Positions 37,401 to 50,700 of a stretch of DNA of 64,000 nt are shown here, one piece after another. A program made the position numbers and the translations under genes. The DNA comes from Azolla caroliniana (Eukaryota > Plantae > Polypodiophyta): assembly GCA_043228905.1 (NCBI GenBank), contig JBHGNT010000001.1, positions 13,144,001-13,208,000 of the forward strand. The letters run 5' to 3'. Position 1 is the first letter of the stretch. Each line of letters opens with the position of its first letter. The notes under the pieces are model-generated. The model was given only the letters and a program-made list of their open reading frames with translations, ran no database searches and was not told the DNA's origin.

Positions 37401-37418
37401 TTCACGTCGGGTTCACCA
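37401..37418 (-). other. PBS of G, complementary to tRNA-Trp
   Basis: The + strand reads TTCACGTCGGGTTCACCA, the 3' 18 nt of plant cytosolic tRNA-Trp as I recall it. It lies 4 nt from the LTR. Confidence 0.8.
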
Positions 37419-39369
37419 AAGATGTCGCATTTTTACGCGCGTGCGTGGAGAAAGGCGGGACCACGGGGGTCTTGGACCAGGGAGTGACGGAGCATAGGAA
37501 GTCGTGCTTCACAGTTTCTGGGGCATCCCAAAAACACACCGGAAGCAACCGAAGGGAGAGAGAGAGAGAGAGAGAGAGAGTAACACCGACTCACGCACAC
37601 ACGCCCACACACTCGCACACACACGCACACACAGCCCGACCCGACTCACACCCTTATGTACAGGAAACGCAAGAAAGGGGGAGCACCCGACACCAACATA
37701 GACGCGAATATACATAGACAGACGCAAACATATATATATATATATGTATAGACAAAAGAATACAATCCCGGCTTCAAGCCGGACCAAGATAGTTTACAAC
37801 AGTCGTCTGCTGTCAAGCCGCCGTCGGGGAGCTCTCGGGCTCGTCGCGCCGAGCGGGGTCTTGCACAGGAGATAAGCTGCAGCCAACCCTAAACGAACAC
37901 GAAGGGGAAGAAGAAGAAGCAAAAGAAACCTAACCCTAAACCTACCGGTATACCCTCTAATCCAAAATGGGAAACCCTTTTACAAAGGACGTTCCCTTCC
38001 TTTTATAGAACAAGGAAAGGGAGGCGTTACAACGTGGGACAAATCCCGACTTTCATGGGATCATCTGTCCCGACTTGACTACTCTTCGGCGCCATAAAGG
38101 CACCCTCGTTATTCACATCAAATGTACATGGGTGCGTACACACGCTGCACCCCGCCGATGTAGCCAATGTTTCCCGGTTTTCGCCTATGGCCGAAATTCT
38201 TCACGACACCGGTGTGCATCTTGTTGTATGTTGATGATTTAGTCATCACCAGACCCGGACTAGATGAAATCGACAGAGTGAAGTCCTAGTTGTCGGACGC
38301 ATTTGAAATGAAGGACTTGGGGCACCTTCATTATTTTCTTGGGATCGAGGTGATCTGAACACCCGATGACATATTGCTCTCACAAAGACACTATGTGTTG
38401 AATATGTTGTATAAGTTCGGCATGACGGAATGCCGACCGATCTCCACACCCCTAGACCGGAACCTGAAACTACATCCCGGCTCCGGCCCGGCCTGCGATG
38501 AGAAACGGTTCCGAAAAATTGTTGGAAGCCTCATATACGTGACAATCACTCGACCCGACATCAGTTACCCGGTTGGAGTGATCAGCCAGTTCATGCAAAA
38601 GCCGACCGTCGAGCACCTTCAGTGCGCACACCAGATACTTCGATGTGTTAGCAACACAAAGGACCAGGACTGTTATACCGACATGGTATATCTGGGAAGC
38701 TAGTCAGATATACCGATGTCAACCGGGTTGGTGATGCATCGGATCATCGATCCACCTCCGGTTACATGTTTTCTCTTGGTAGCGTGGCTGTTGCGTGGAG
38801 CAGCAAAGAGTAGCAAGAACCCTGTATTCCATGCTCGGGCAAAGCACATAGAAGTACATTATCACTTTGTTCATAAGCGGGTCATGAGCGGTGAAGTTGA
38901 ACTTCGGTATGTTCACACAGATCGGCAAGTTGCCGACATCTTCATCAAGCCGCTTGGATCGGATAAGTTGCAGCATTTTTCGGAGATGCTTGACATTTAG
39001 CATTTCGATGTGCCGCACTTGAGGGGGAGAACAGGAACGGGAACGGATGGCACCAGACAAGGAACCGAAGAGGAAGAAAGAACCAAAGGGGGAGATGAGT
39101 AGATAAAGGAACCCGAGCCAACCGAAGTAGTCGGCACATCCGCACAAGTCGGAGCAAGCGGCAGCGATGGTAGAGTCAAGAAGGATAGAGCCGACCGGAA
39201 GAAGGCCAAGACCCGGACATGGTCCGATGTTGCGAACAACCTAAAAACGGAAGACGAGTTGGAGACTACCAACTCGGACAAGAGCTGGAACGAATCGGAG
39301 GAAACTAATTCGGTTCAAGATTCGGAGAAGCCGGATCATCTAAAGGCCAAGCGGACGAGAAGGTAGTGG

Positions 39370-40425
39370 TGTCGTGAAGATTTTCGGCAACGGTGTGAAA
39401 ATTGCATGGAATGTACAAAATCAAGTATGGTCCTTCACACACAATATGAAACAATAATAGTGAAGATACTATTTTAGTTTAGTTTAATATCTCGGTACGA
39501 AATGATGGAGGTCTTCAAGAGCTTCTGAATGCACTTTATTACATATAAAACAGATAACTAAGTGTCAAGTTATGTGAGTGTGAAGTTTGAGAAGAAGAAG
39601 ACAAAAACAAAACTGTTAGATATCCCACATAGATAGGACAAATCAGGATCTCACAGTATATAAGCAGAGCTAGAAGTTATTACTTTTTGTCTATGTGTGG
39701 AGCATAGGATGTTCAAGGTAACTTGGGCTAAACTACTCGTAATGGTTTTGGGGAATTGGGACCAGGACGGACGGCGAGGCACCCGACGGGCGGATGAGCG
39801 AACGATGACGGAACCGGAACCGGAACGGAACGGAATGCGGATCGAACCGGTTGGGACAGACGCGACTGGATCGTACTGATCGGGACCGAACAAACGGATC
39901 GATCAGCTCGGTCAGATAGGTTGATCGCAACGCACGGTGTCTTGAAGATTTCAGTGTGAAACGAAAAAGCCAAGTCATTTCTTTAAGTTATATTTTTATC
40001 ATTATATTTTCACATGTAAATTCTCATACATGAGAGCTTGAATGAGTGACATGGTTACATGCAACACATGTAATGCATGAGCACCAAATGGCAAACATGC
40101 ATCTCATGCATGTCTTGCCCCCTCACATGCATCATATGCATGGGGGCATCTATAAAAGAGGGGATGAGGAAGAAAAACGGACCTATGTATTAATCAAGAA
40201 TTTAATAAGAAGAAAATTCGTTATCCAATTGATGATATATCTTGTTCCTCAAATCTAAAGTCAAGGGTTCAATCTCAATCTCTCTCTCTCTCTCTCCATA
40301 TCGATCTCTCTCAATCTATCTTAAATACTTTCTCACTAAAGCTAGTGCAAACTTTGAATCCTTCCAGTCCAAAACCCCAGCGGTTCCGCCTCATGATCCG
40401 CACGTAGTGACGTATTTTCACGACA
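39370..40425 (+). mobile_element. Solo LTR (1056 bp) of another subfamily of the Trp/4-bp-TSD group, TSD GTGG/GCGG
   Basis: Starts TGTCGTGAAGATTTTCG like the X LTR and ends CACGACA. Shares the AGTCCAAAACCCC..GGTTCC U5 motif. The host tail is collinear after removal. Confidence 0.88.
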
Positions 40426-40693
40426 GCGGAAGTCGACACCAACACGGAGGAACCGATGGATCGACAAGCGCCGAAGTCATAGCTGTAGTGAAGGAGCTGA
40501 AATGGGCTTGTTGAGGAGACAAGCCGACCAAGGAGGTCGACGTGCGCAGTACCGGACAAGTCGCGAAAAGCGAAACCGGACTGGACGAGGAGCGCAAGTA
40601 AGGCAGGAGGACGTCAGAAGGAGCTGGAGGAAAGGACCAGCTACTGCAAACACTGACACCACGATCCGACCTCAAGTTGAGCTTGAGGGGGAG

Positions 40694-41132
40694 TGTTGAG
40701 CAACCAAGCTCAACCGGATCCGGATCGGCTAAATAAGCCAAAGCCGGATCAGTATCCGGAACAGAGAATCGGATCGGTGTCCGGATGATATCCGGAACCA
40801 GGAGCCGGATCGGAGACCCGGATCGGATTGAACTCGGTAGGCCATTAGAGGCCTACGGATCCAGCCTAGTACGTAGGCATATTTTTGGGAGTCAGTGACA
40901 GTCGCTCGTATGAGCATTGAAGTACTTGTTAGTACTTCTGTCAGTTCTTTATGGACTTGTATAAAAGTGCTTTTTGAGCACATTCTATGTATAGAGAGTA
41001 TTTTTTTAATACAATACGTTATGTCTCTCTCGCGCATATTCTCTGTGTTAAGCTTCCATTGAACCTTCCTCTCTAACTGTTGCTATCCAGTAGAGCCGGC
41101 TTGTAATACGCTTCCGCACGTTCACATTCACA
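40694..41132 (+). repeat. 3' LTR of copia C
   Basis: Follows the PPT. TGTTGAGC...TTCACA with family LTR motifs. Confidence 0.88.
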
Positions 41133-41361
41133 AATAGTACAATGAGGGCTAGATACATAGGGGTGCATACCCCTCTAGCCATGCACACACATCACTCACA
41201 CCCTTTTTTATCTATCCACATGCACACATATGTACATGTGTTCATACAAATACGCATATACTCACACTCGTGCCCATTTGCACATACACAACAACAAAAC
41301 AATAGTCCTTCCCCCTTATCCATCCCCATACCTCTCGTATGTAGCTGGTTAGCAATCATAC

Positions 41362-44300
41362 GGATCATTCAAAAGACATCCAGCGGGATTTGGTCAAGTA
41401 GCTGGTTAGCAATCAACATGTCTAGATAAGAAGTTGGATACAGGATATCAACCGGTTAGGGGTCAACCACAAGCTGATTAGTCCAAACAAGAGCTGGATA
41501 TGGGAACCAAATGAAGATAGGCTAAGAACTAGCCAAGCCGGCTGAGAGTTGGATCGAATGATGGCCGATTAAGAGCTAGAAGCCAATTAGGTCGTAGTTG
41601 ATTGGAGGCTACTTTTGTAAATAGCCCATACTTGTGTATAAGTATAAATACACCTAGGACAATCATTATATATAGTGTATGAGGACATTATTTGAGTGTG
41701 AGTGGTAATCAATGTGTGAGTGTGCGTGTGTATCAATCTGTAAGACTAAGAAGAGCTCAAGGTCATTGCCTATGAGTCTCTTGTATACTTATCTACATAG
41801 TGATTTTGTTTGGAGTCTATGGGCTCCCATGGTTTTTTCCTATTTAGGGTTTCCACGTTAAAATCTTGTGTCTTGGTTCTTGTGCTTTTCTATTTTTGGT
41901 TTCTGTTGTCCTTCTCGATTTGCTTGTTGACCGGTTGTTGCCGGTTCCATATTCCCCAACAAACTACTATCCGATCTAGGTTCATAACCTCCGAAGCTAT
42001 AGAAATATGGATGAATCCCTCGGAGGGATGTTCAAGCTGAATGGCTCCAACTACACAGTCTAGAAGTCGAAGATGTGAGACGTGGTTGTGTGCAAAGACT
42101 TGTGGTTGCCAATATAGTTCATCAAAAATAAGCCTGACAAGATTGATGCATCGACTTGGGGCATGCATGCATTTGAAGACAACAACATACATAAGATGTT
42201 TCATAGACATAAGTCTATACAACAACTTCAATGAAGAGATGGAGGCTGATGTACTTTGGAAGAATGTTGTAAATAGAGTCTCTATCTTCAGGAAGATAGT
42301 GAGATTGAGATATCGGGATGGCTCAAGCATGGCTGGAAACCTGAACACCTTCCAAGAACTCATAAATCAAACCACCTCTCTAGAAGAAACTCCCACTGAT
42401 GAGTTGTTGGCATTGTTGTTACTAGGATCCCTATTGTCACATTCTAGACTCGAACCTCTGACCTATAATACACCCAATACATAGTGTTGGATAAACCATA
42501 TTGAAACCCTTAAGTTTACATGTGAACTTGTATATGGTTTAATATTGCGCAATGAGAGGCTGTAGCGGTGCGTAAACTGGGAGGCCGTTGGATAGATATT
42601 CCGCAGAGTAATATATTTTGGGAGTTAGTGTAGGGGCTCATTGATGACCATTGAAGCACGATTCAATACTTCTGTCAGTCCATATGAACTTGTATAAAAG
42701 TGCTCTCTGAGCACATCCTATACACAGAGTTTTAGAGTATTGTTTTATAATAGAGGTTCTTGGGTTCTGCTCTCTCTGTCTCTCCCGCGTATAATATGTT
42801 GATTAAGCTTTCCATTAAACCTTATGTGTCTTTTACCTGTTGTTACCTGGTTGTGTCTATTAAGCTTCCGCACATATTTTTTGCAGAAGTTAACCTCACG
42901 AGCGATGAATCGTTATGGGTGGCCGACTCCGGTGCATCGTTTCACCTGACCCCCAAATGAGAATTCTTCTCATCCTACATGCTCGGAGATTACGGCTACG
43001 TAAAGATGGGGAATGATGGGGCATGCAAGATTGTTGGAAGGGTATGCATTTGCTACCCGGAAAAGAACTCCTTTCGGAGTTGAATAATGTTCACTTGGAT
43101 AAGTGTGTGGATTGCTTGGTCGGCAAGCAAAATAGGGTCGCCTTTCGCCCTAGGCCTCCGATGAGGAGGAAGAATGCTTTGGAACTCATGCACACAATGT
43201 ATGCTATGTAGATGCAAAAAAAATCACATGCCAATGCACAATACTTTGTTACCTTTATAGATGATTACATCTGAAAGTTGTGGGCTTTCGTGGTGAAGAC
43301 AAAGGACCAAGTGTTGTTTGTCTTCAAAGAGTTCCAAGCTAGAGCCGAAAGGGAATATGTGCAAAAGCTAAAGGTTGTCCAGACTGATAATGGAGGTGAG
43401 TACCGAGGGCAATTTGAGGGGCACTAACGAAGCAAAGGAATCCAGATTGAGTATACAGTGTTGAAGACTCCGGAGTTAAATGGAATGGCCAAAAGGATGA
43501 ACCAAACTCTAATGGAAAGGGTCTGACATCATAAACATGTCTCCCTTAGTCCCCTTAGATGTTGATGTCCCACAGAGGGCGTGGACATCTAAGGGTGTTT
43601 GGTTACCTATCATATGTGCATGTTGCTAAGGACAAGGAGGAAAACTAGATACTAAAAGCCAGCCATATATTTTCTTGGGGTACGGTGAAGATGAATTTGG
43701 TTATCAGATGGGGGACTTAATTGACAAGAAGGTCATCAGGAGCCAGGACATAGTCTTTATGGAAGAAAAGACTATTGCAGATTGGGAGATGGAGAAGATA
43801 GGATTACCTTCCCAGCTGGTTGGAAAAGAATGATTGCATGAGATATATACCCAGCCGGATGTCAACTGAAAAACAAAGTGAGCCAGCCGGATCCGGATCG
43901 GCTGGAAGGAGGCATTCGGAAGCCGAATGCAGACAAGGACCTAAATCGGATTCGGATTCGGAACCGGCTGAAGAGGATGATGTAGAGCCAACGACTAAAA
44001 GTCAAGGCTGGAGATACCCTCTAAGAAACAAAAGAGCCCCCCGTAGATTTCCAAAAAAAGAGTACGTTCTCTTAACTGATGAAGGGGGGTCGGAAAGCTT
44101 CAAGGAAGCTAAGAGAGATGCGCACAACAAAGAATGTTTGCATGCCATGCAAGATGAGATGAATTCCTTGCATGAGAACCACACGTACAAGTTGACCGAG
44201 TTGCCGAAAGGTAAGAAGGCACTCCGGAATGACTGGGTCTACAAATTGAAGCAGGAGAAGGCGGTACCTAATCCACCCAGATTCAAAGCCCACATTGTGG

Positions 44301-46040
44301 TGAAGGGGTTCTAGTAGAAAAGGGTGTGGATTTCGACAAAATATTTTCCCCAATCGTAAAAATGACATCTATAAGGACGATGTTGAGCATGGAAGCCAAC
44401 ATGAACTTAGAAGTTGAGTAGTTGGATGTCAAAACGGCTTTCTTGCATCGAGATTTAGAGGAAGAAATAAGAAATCTACATGCAGTAGCCTGAAGGATTT
44501 GTAGAGGAAGGAAAGGAAAACTTGATATGCCAGCTGAGGAAGAGCTTGTATGGGCTAAAGCAAGCGCCCCGGCAATGGTATCAGAAATTTGAGTCCTTCG
44601 TGGTAGAACACGACTTCAACAAGACACATGCTAACCATTGTGTCTTCGTGAAGACGTACGAACTCAAGGAGGAGACTTCCTTAGCCTCATGTTGTATATT
44701 GATGACATGTTGATTGTTAGATAGGACCTGAAGAAAATCGCAAGCTTGAAGAAGGCTTTAAGTAAGTCTTTTGCTATGAAGGATATGGGTTCGGTCAAGC
44801 ATATTTTGGGTATGCACATTGTCCAGGACAGGAAAAAGAGGTTGTTGTGGCTGTCACAAGAGAAATATGTGACAAAGGTGCTCCAGATATTCAACATGCA
44901 GAATGCGAAGACGGTTGGCTCAACATTGTCAACAAATAGTAAGTTTAGTGAAAACCAATATCTGAAGAAGAAAGTGGAGAAAGCTTAGATGAATAAGTTC
45001 CTCTATGTCTTTGTAGTTGGAAGCTTGATGTATGCAATGGTGTGCACCATGCTGGACATTTCCTATGCTATCGGAACGGTCAGCCGGTTCATGAGCAATC
45101 CCGATAAGGAACATTAGGTGGCGGTTAAGTGGATGCTCATATACCTAGAGGCACCTCAAGTGTATGCCTCAGATACGGCTCAGGTAACCTCGTGCTAGAA
45201 GGGTTTATGGACTTTGACATGTTGGTTGATGTTGATACCAGCCAGTCCACATCAAGGTACATGATGACATATGCAAGGGGAACCGTCTCTTGGCAGTTGA
45301 GGTTGCAGAAGGTTGTGGCTCTATCGACCACAAAAGCTGAGTATATGGTTGTCGTTGAAGCCGGCAAGGAAATCATATGGATGAGAGATTTCATCAGTGA
45401 GTTAAGAATGACGCAGGAACAATTCTTACTGCATTGTGACAATCAAATCGTCATCCACCTTGCTAAGAATGCCACCTACCACTCTAGAACTACGCATACT
45501 TTGGTTTAGAGAGAGGGTAGATGAAAGGGATTTCACCCTGGTAAAGATTCATACATATGACAATGAATCAGACATGCTAACTAAGGTGCTATCTATGGAC
45601 AAGCTAAATGCATACCGGTAGAGAGTAGGTCTGCTGAATTACCCCATCCCGGAGTGAAGGGGGAGTTTGTTGGGATAACTAGTCCCTCCGCGTGGATGTG
45701 CAAGAAAGTTGGACCCAGACGAGGAGTTGGACCGTCCGGAAGACATTTGGCCAGATCTGGACAAGTAGTCGACTACCAGTCGACATGTCCAGATAAGAAG
45801 CTGGATATAGGATATCAACCGGATCGACCAAAAGTCCAACGGCTAGGGGTCAACCACAAGCTTATTAGTCCAAACAAGAGCTAGATATGGGAACCGGATG
45901 AAGACAGGCTAAGAATGAGTTGAGCCGGCTAAGAGTCGGATTGGCTGAAGGTCGGTTTAGAGCCAAAAGTCGATTAGGCCGTAGTCGATTGGAGGCTACA
46001 TTTGTAAATAGCCCATACTTGTGTATAAGTATAAATACTT
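41362..46040 (+). mobile_element. Degraded Tnt1/Tork-like copia L (partial LTRs about 41362-41961 and 45668-46040)
   Basis: Gag start MDESLGGMFKLNGSNY at 42007 is homologous to K. Fragmented PR/IN/RT/RH. PPT GAAGGGGGAGTT. The two LTR remnants are similar. Confidence 0.85.
42435..42885 (+). mobile_element. Composite LTR fragment: an unrelated LTR start (TGTCAC...) fused to the 3' part of a copia A/D-type LTR, replacing part of the L gag
   Basis: 42563-42885 matches the copia LTR (GGTGCGTAAAC...GGGAGTTAGTG...CTTGTATAAAAGTGC). No TSD seen. Host gag C-terminus is missing. Confidence 0.65.
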
Positions 46041-47754
46041 GACCATGCATTCGTATGCATATTCATTTACATTCGAATGGGAAAACTCACGAATGCGAAT
46101 ATGTCAATCTATGCTTATAATATTCCTGCTTACCAAATAATGAAAGAGATGGCTCCACATACATGCATGATTTGCAAATTTTCTTAAGATCATTTTCAAA
46201 GATCACGATTTTACAACGATTTTACTTATAAAACCATGTTAGTTAGTATTTCAAATGGCACATAAAATTTTACAACAATTAAAATTTACATAGCTGATAG
46301 AATCAAATCATTAATAAATTTAAGCTAGCAACATTGATTGGCATTGCTCATCAAGGTATGGATTTATTTGATTGGCAATGCAAACTATAGAACATCCTGT
46401 GTATTAATATTTGAATATACACTTCATGAAAGGATTTAAAAGAATAAGTAGAATTCCAACACTAATTGTAATTTATATTCTCAAGCTCTCTATCTCATAT
46501 ATGCAAATTTCAAAATTGTCATGTAAGTAAATTTATTTCACTTTAGGATTGTGCTCTTGGATGGACAAGGATTACTGGTTTCAAGGTTAAAAACTCTTGC
46601 ATGTGGGAAGGAAGGTAATAATAAGATGTAACTTGCATCATGAAAGCAGCAATCAAGAAATGTTAATTAACACATGACCAACAAAAATGTTAATAACATG
46701 ACCGGCCTGAGTATAAATAACAACAATTGTCGGATTTATGAACTATAAATATGCAGGAAACCAAAATCCAAGACTAAGTGGATCAACCAAGGAAAACAGG
46801 ACCTTCTGAACATTGAGAATGGCATGCCAAGCTGAATGAATAATTAATCTTTGCCTACATAGCAAATACAAGTATCGATCACCTAACCACTAATCAATGT
46901 GTAACAGATCAAAATCAGTAACGGTGATAGAAGGCATGATAAGTGAAGTGCTGGCTAAACAGTCTTCATTCGAGAAGAAATGATGGCAGCCTACCTACCA
47001 CTAGTACATCAGCGCGAAGTAATGAAATATTGATGTTGCAGTAAACCCGATAACAATGTCATCATGAAGATGAAAAACAGTAATTAATTATGCAATGTAA
47101 GTTACAATAGTTTATTCATAACTTGATGCACCAAAAAAAGAAAGACAACGAAACAATGTTTCCCAAAACTTCATATCCTATATCCTGGATTTTGTTACAA
47201 CTTTCTCAGCTACTACCTCGTGGAAAGGCCATGCATATATATAACTGATCAAACATCTTGCCTTCATTGAACTTCAATGCATTTGAAATGAACTATCTTC
47301 TTTACATCCAGTGCAACCTGTATATATTGTATTTATACTCAGTCATTGGGTACTTTTCAGCAATGCATTGGAACAGGTGAGCAGCTCCCTTTATAAACAA
47401 ACCTATTCACATATTAAGAGTGTAGAGTGTGTTAGATAGATGTCATAGTTAGTTCAATGTGTCGTTGTCTTTCACTGAGACTACCACTTACATGTTGTTG
47501 GTGCACTAATTTAATGTAATCATTCTCTTTCATCAAGACTGCTACTTACATGTTGTCATGCTCTGTTTTCCATCGCAGCACATCAATAAACACAAGTTGC
47601 CTCGACTAAGTTTCTGCAAAAGTTGCATGAAAAGGAAAATTTTGAATTCCCAGATGACAGGCTTTATTCTGGACGATTTTTTTGTATCTGAATCCCTACG
47701 TTGCGATCTCATTATGCGAGCCCCTAATCTCCTCTGAAACCATGCCTCGTTGAT

Positions 47755-50700
47755 TTAGAATGCTGAACCTTTCGTCTGTTTGCAACTAAAATGATGAGAT
47801 GTGCTTCTACATTGCATGTCGGGATTGTTGCTCTGATCTTGAGCATCATCAGTAGTTTCATAAGAATGCTACAAAAACCACAAAAAACTTGGTAACAATT
47901 CCGAGGTGCTCACAGATGAGAGTAAAACAGAAATACCATTACCAGTTTGCTCCCCCCTGATAGAATCACAAGGCCTGATGCACCACTGACTGCTTCATTC
48001 CACCCTGTTGAATCACCAGGAATACTGCCTAAAAAACCGCACCTTATTTCATTTGATCCAAACAGATACCAACAATAATAACTTACTTTGAGAAAGAAGT
48101 TCGATTATCTGTTTGTATCTTGAAGACTCAGGATAGAAAGGACAGTTGTCATGTCCACTTCCAGAATCATGATTTTTATTTGAATCATCCTTCAGTTCTA
48201 TGCTTCCTGAAAGTATTTTCATAAAAGAGATTAGCCAACAAAGCAATATGCTTATTTAGAACATATAAATATGCATCCATTTGGAAGAGGTGGAGTTTTC
48301 TTTAGATCTTAAAGAGAATGCGATTACCTGAATTGTCATTTGGACTGTTTGAAGGCTTAGAATTAGCTGCTGATTCATTCGTAGATATATGATGTGAATT
48401 GCCACGATTGACAGGGCGCCACATTTTTGTTTCCCCACATTTAGATGAAACTGTGGCTGTGACTTTCGTAGATTGTTGATGTTTAACTTGCTCAACGTGA
48501 TGCTCTTGATTTTCCTTGCCTTCTGGATCAACACAAATGGAGCTCTTCAGATATTTCCCATCTCTTTCACAATCCTTATGAGAAGAAGACTGAATTGCTA
48601 CATTCTCATGCAATGCATGCAATGACTCTTCCGTGGCAGTTGCATGTACTGTGTTAAGTACATTTCTGTTCTCAGCATCTTCTATCTCCCGTGCTATTTC
48701 GACTACATCCTCATAGAGTGTTGAAGTTCCTCCAAGACCAAGGTCAAACAAGGGTTGAGGGAAAGGAACACTCAGTGAACCAATGACAACAGAGTTCAGT
48801 GAAAGATCCATTGCACAAGAAAAAGTTTCTGGAGATGAGACCAGAGGAACACCTGGATGGCTGCATACGTCGTCGCCATTCATCTCCAATGATGGAAAGT
48901 CATCAGAATTTGGTGCACTTTTAGGATGGGGTTTCATGATAGTAGAATCAGAAACACAGTTGCTTACGCCAATAGCAATATGTGTGTCCTGGTCATCCTG
49001 ATCGGAATTCCTACGATTTTGCAATCTAGAAGACAATATTTCACCATCAGTTGTTGAGCTTGCTGGTAACTTCCTGGCCCAAATAGTATGTCTCATGCCT
49101 CTAGAAGATTGGTACTTTTTTCTCATACTCTTAATGAGGTGATATGGTCTAGACTTTGTAGTGGTTTGTGAGGTATAGCCATCATCATGTATGTCCATAT
49201 TTGTCCCAAGTAAATCTTTGAGACTGCAATCGGTGAGCAAATCCGTTGACATGCTCATGAGTGTTGCACTTTCCATGCATTTCTTTTGTTTTAATGCATA
49301 TCTATACTTGGAAGCAGGCATAACTCTTGGTCTTGATAAGTTCTGGTTGATGGACATTTTCTGCTTCTGTATCATCTCTGACTCTTGCGCATCCCAACCT
49401 TTCATGCTCTTCATTTGCATCTTAGATTCATTCTTATGATCTTCATTTGCCATATCCATTAAGCTTGATGAGTCACCCGTGTCCTCTACTTTACCATCAT
49501 TAACCTTGAAGGAATCACAGGTGGGTATACCCAATTCATGTTCTAAGTGATTGAGCCTGTCATACAAATTTTCGTGTGTATTATCTACTTGGAGTGACTG
49601 CAAATCACTAGCAGACCTGTCTCCTGCAGCAAATTTGGGAGTGTTCTCTTCATCTATGTCATCATGATCTAAGCTTGCCTGGCCTGTAAACAAGTAAGAA
49701 TGCTTCAGATCTTTCTCCCTCAACTTCTTTTGTCGTGCCTTCTTAAATTTCTTTTTGTCCTGGATCTCCACTTGTCTGATTGTACGCAAAGATAAATCAG
49801 AGCCAATCTAAGCACACAAAAAAATTTATATTTACATATAAATATATACAGTGAAGATTTTCTTGTGCTCACTTTCTCCGTGAAGCTTCCTCTTCTTCTA
49901 CAAGGGCAGTTTGACAACGGAATGCTTCTTCATCCTTACTTATAATGAGAGCATTGACCTAAAAACAAACACAGACACTTAGCATATCTCCAAGTGGGGA
50001 GAAGGCAATGTTCTGAAAAACTTAACAAAGCTCAATCAAGGATAACCCTTGACTGGCTAAAAATATCAATACTCCCCACTCAACTCTAAATTCCAGAAGT
50101 GATGCGTGCATCACAGAAATCAAAAGAATTTTGATGAAAAAAAGCACACTTTCAGGACAACATAATGTGAGCTGAAAGTGTATCTACATAACTCTTTGTT
50201 GTTATGCCTGATGATTCCAATGTACATTCAAAGGATAAATATGGAACCCGAAAGGAACCTCCAAAGAATACTCACCAAATTGTATTCCACAAGAAACCCA
50301 AGAGAAGCTACTAAATTCTTTAATTCCAATCCCACTTTTCCAGCATCCCCTTCAAAAACATAGCGGTACATGGCTGAAAGGCCAAATGATGGGAAAGTTT
50401 TTTCACTTGACCCATCAAGTATTTTGAATAGCTCAGAAGATGTTATAGAAAGCTTTGATGACTTATTTCGAACAAGCTCCTGCAATCACCAGAATATGGA
50501 TAAGATGGTCCATCAATTTATGCCTATGACACAACTACAACTAAAGTTTTTTTGGTTCTATCAATTTATTATGTCTGAGATAGCAACTTACTAAAAGCAT
50601 TGCACCAGCCTTGACATATGAACAGGGCAGACCAAAAACACTTGGCTGCTGTAATAAATGAGCAAGAGCCCTAGACACTTTTTCCCCGGTCAAATCCTAA

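Larger units (their letters stand above)
33170..38208 (-). mobile_element. Element G: non-autonomous, gag-only LTR retroelement (LTRs 33170-33952 and 37423-38208, 4-bp TSD CCGG, tRNA-Trp PBS)
   Basis: Highly similar LTR pair. CCGG at 33166-33169 and 38209-38212; removal restores host RT (GPVCILLYVDD). No PR/RT/RH/IN motifs seen in the 3.5-kb interior. Confidence 0.92.
11839..41132 (+). mobile_element. Ty1/copia element C (outermost host), in pieces 11839-13250, 32054-33169, 38209-39369 and 40426-41132, with 3' LTR 40694-41132
   Basis: PR-IN, IN-RT, RT-RH and tail segments join collinearly once D, G and the 39370 solo LTR are removed. Confidence 0.88.

Noticed and set aside
33964-37717. Numerous overlapping + strand ORFs in G, and antisense ORFs over the copia genes
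   Set aside because: Expected shadow ORFs in GC-rich coding or repeat DNA, with no recognisable domains.
33170-38208. Retrozyme (suggested by the 4-bp TSD and non-autonomy)
   Set aside because: No hammerhead core (CUGANGA...GAAA with stems) found by eye in the LTRs. The element is too large and has a Trp PBS.
46047-46107. MITE-like ATTCG/CGAAT inverted motifs where the L LTR is truncated
   Set aside because: No partner TIR or TSD could be identified.
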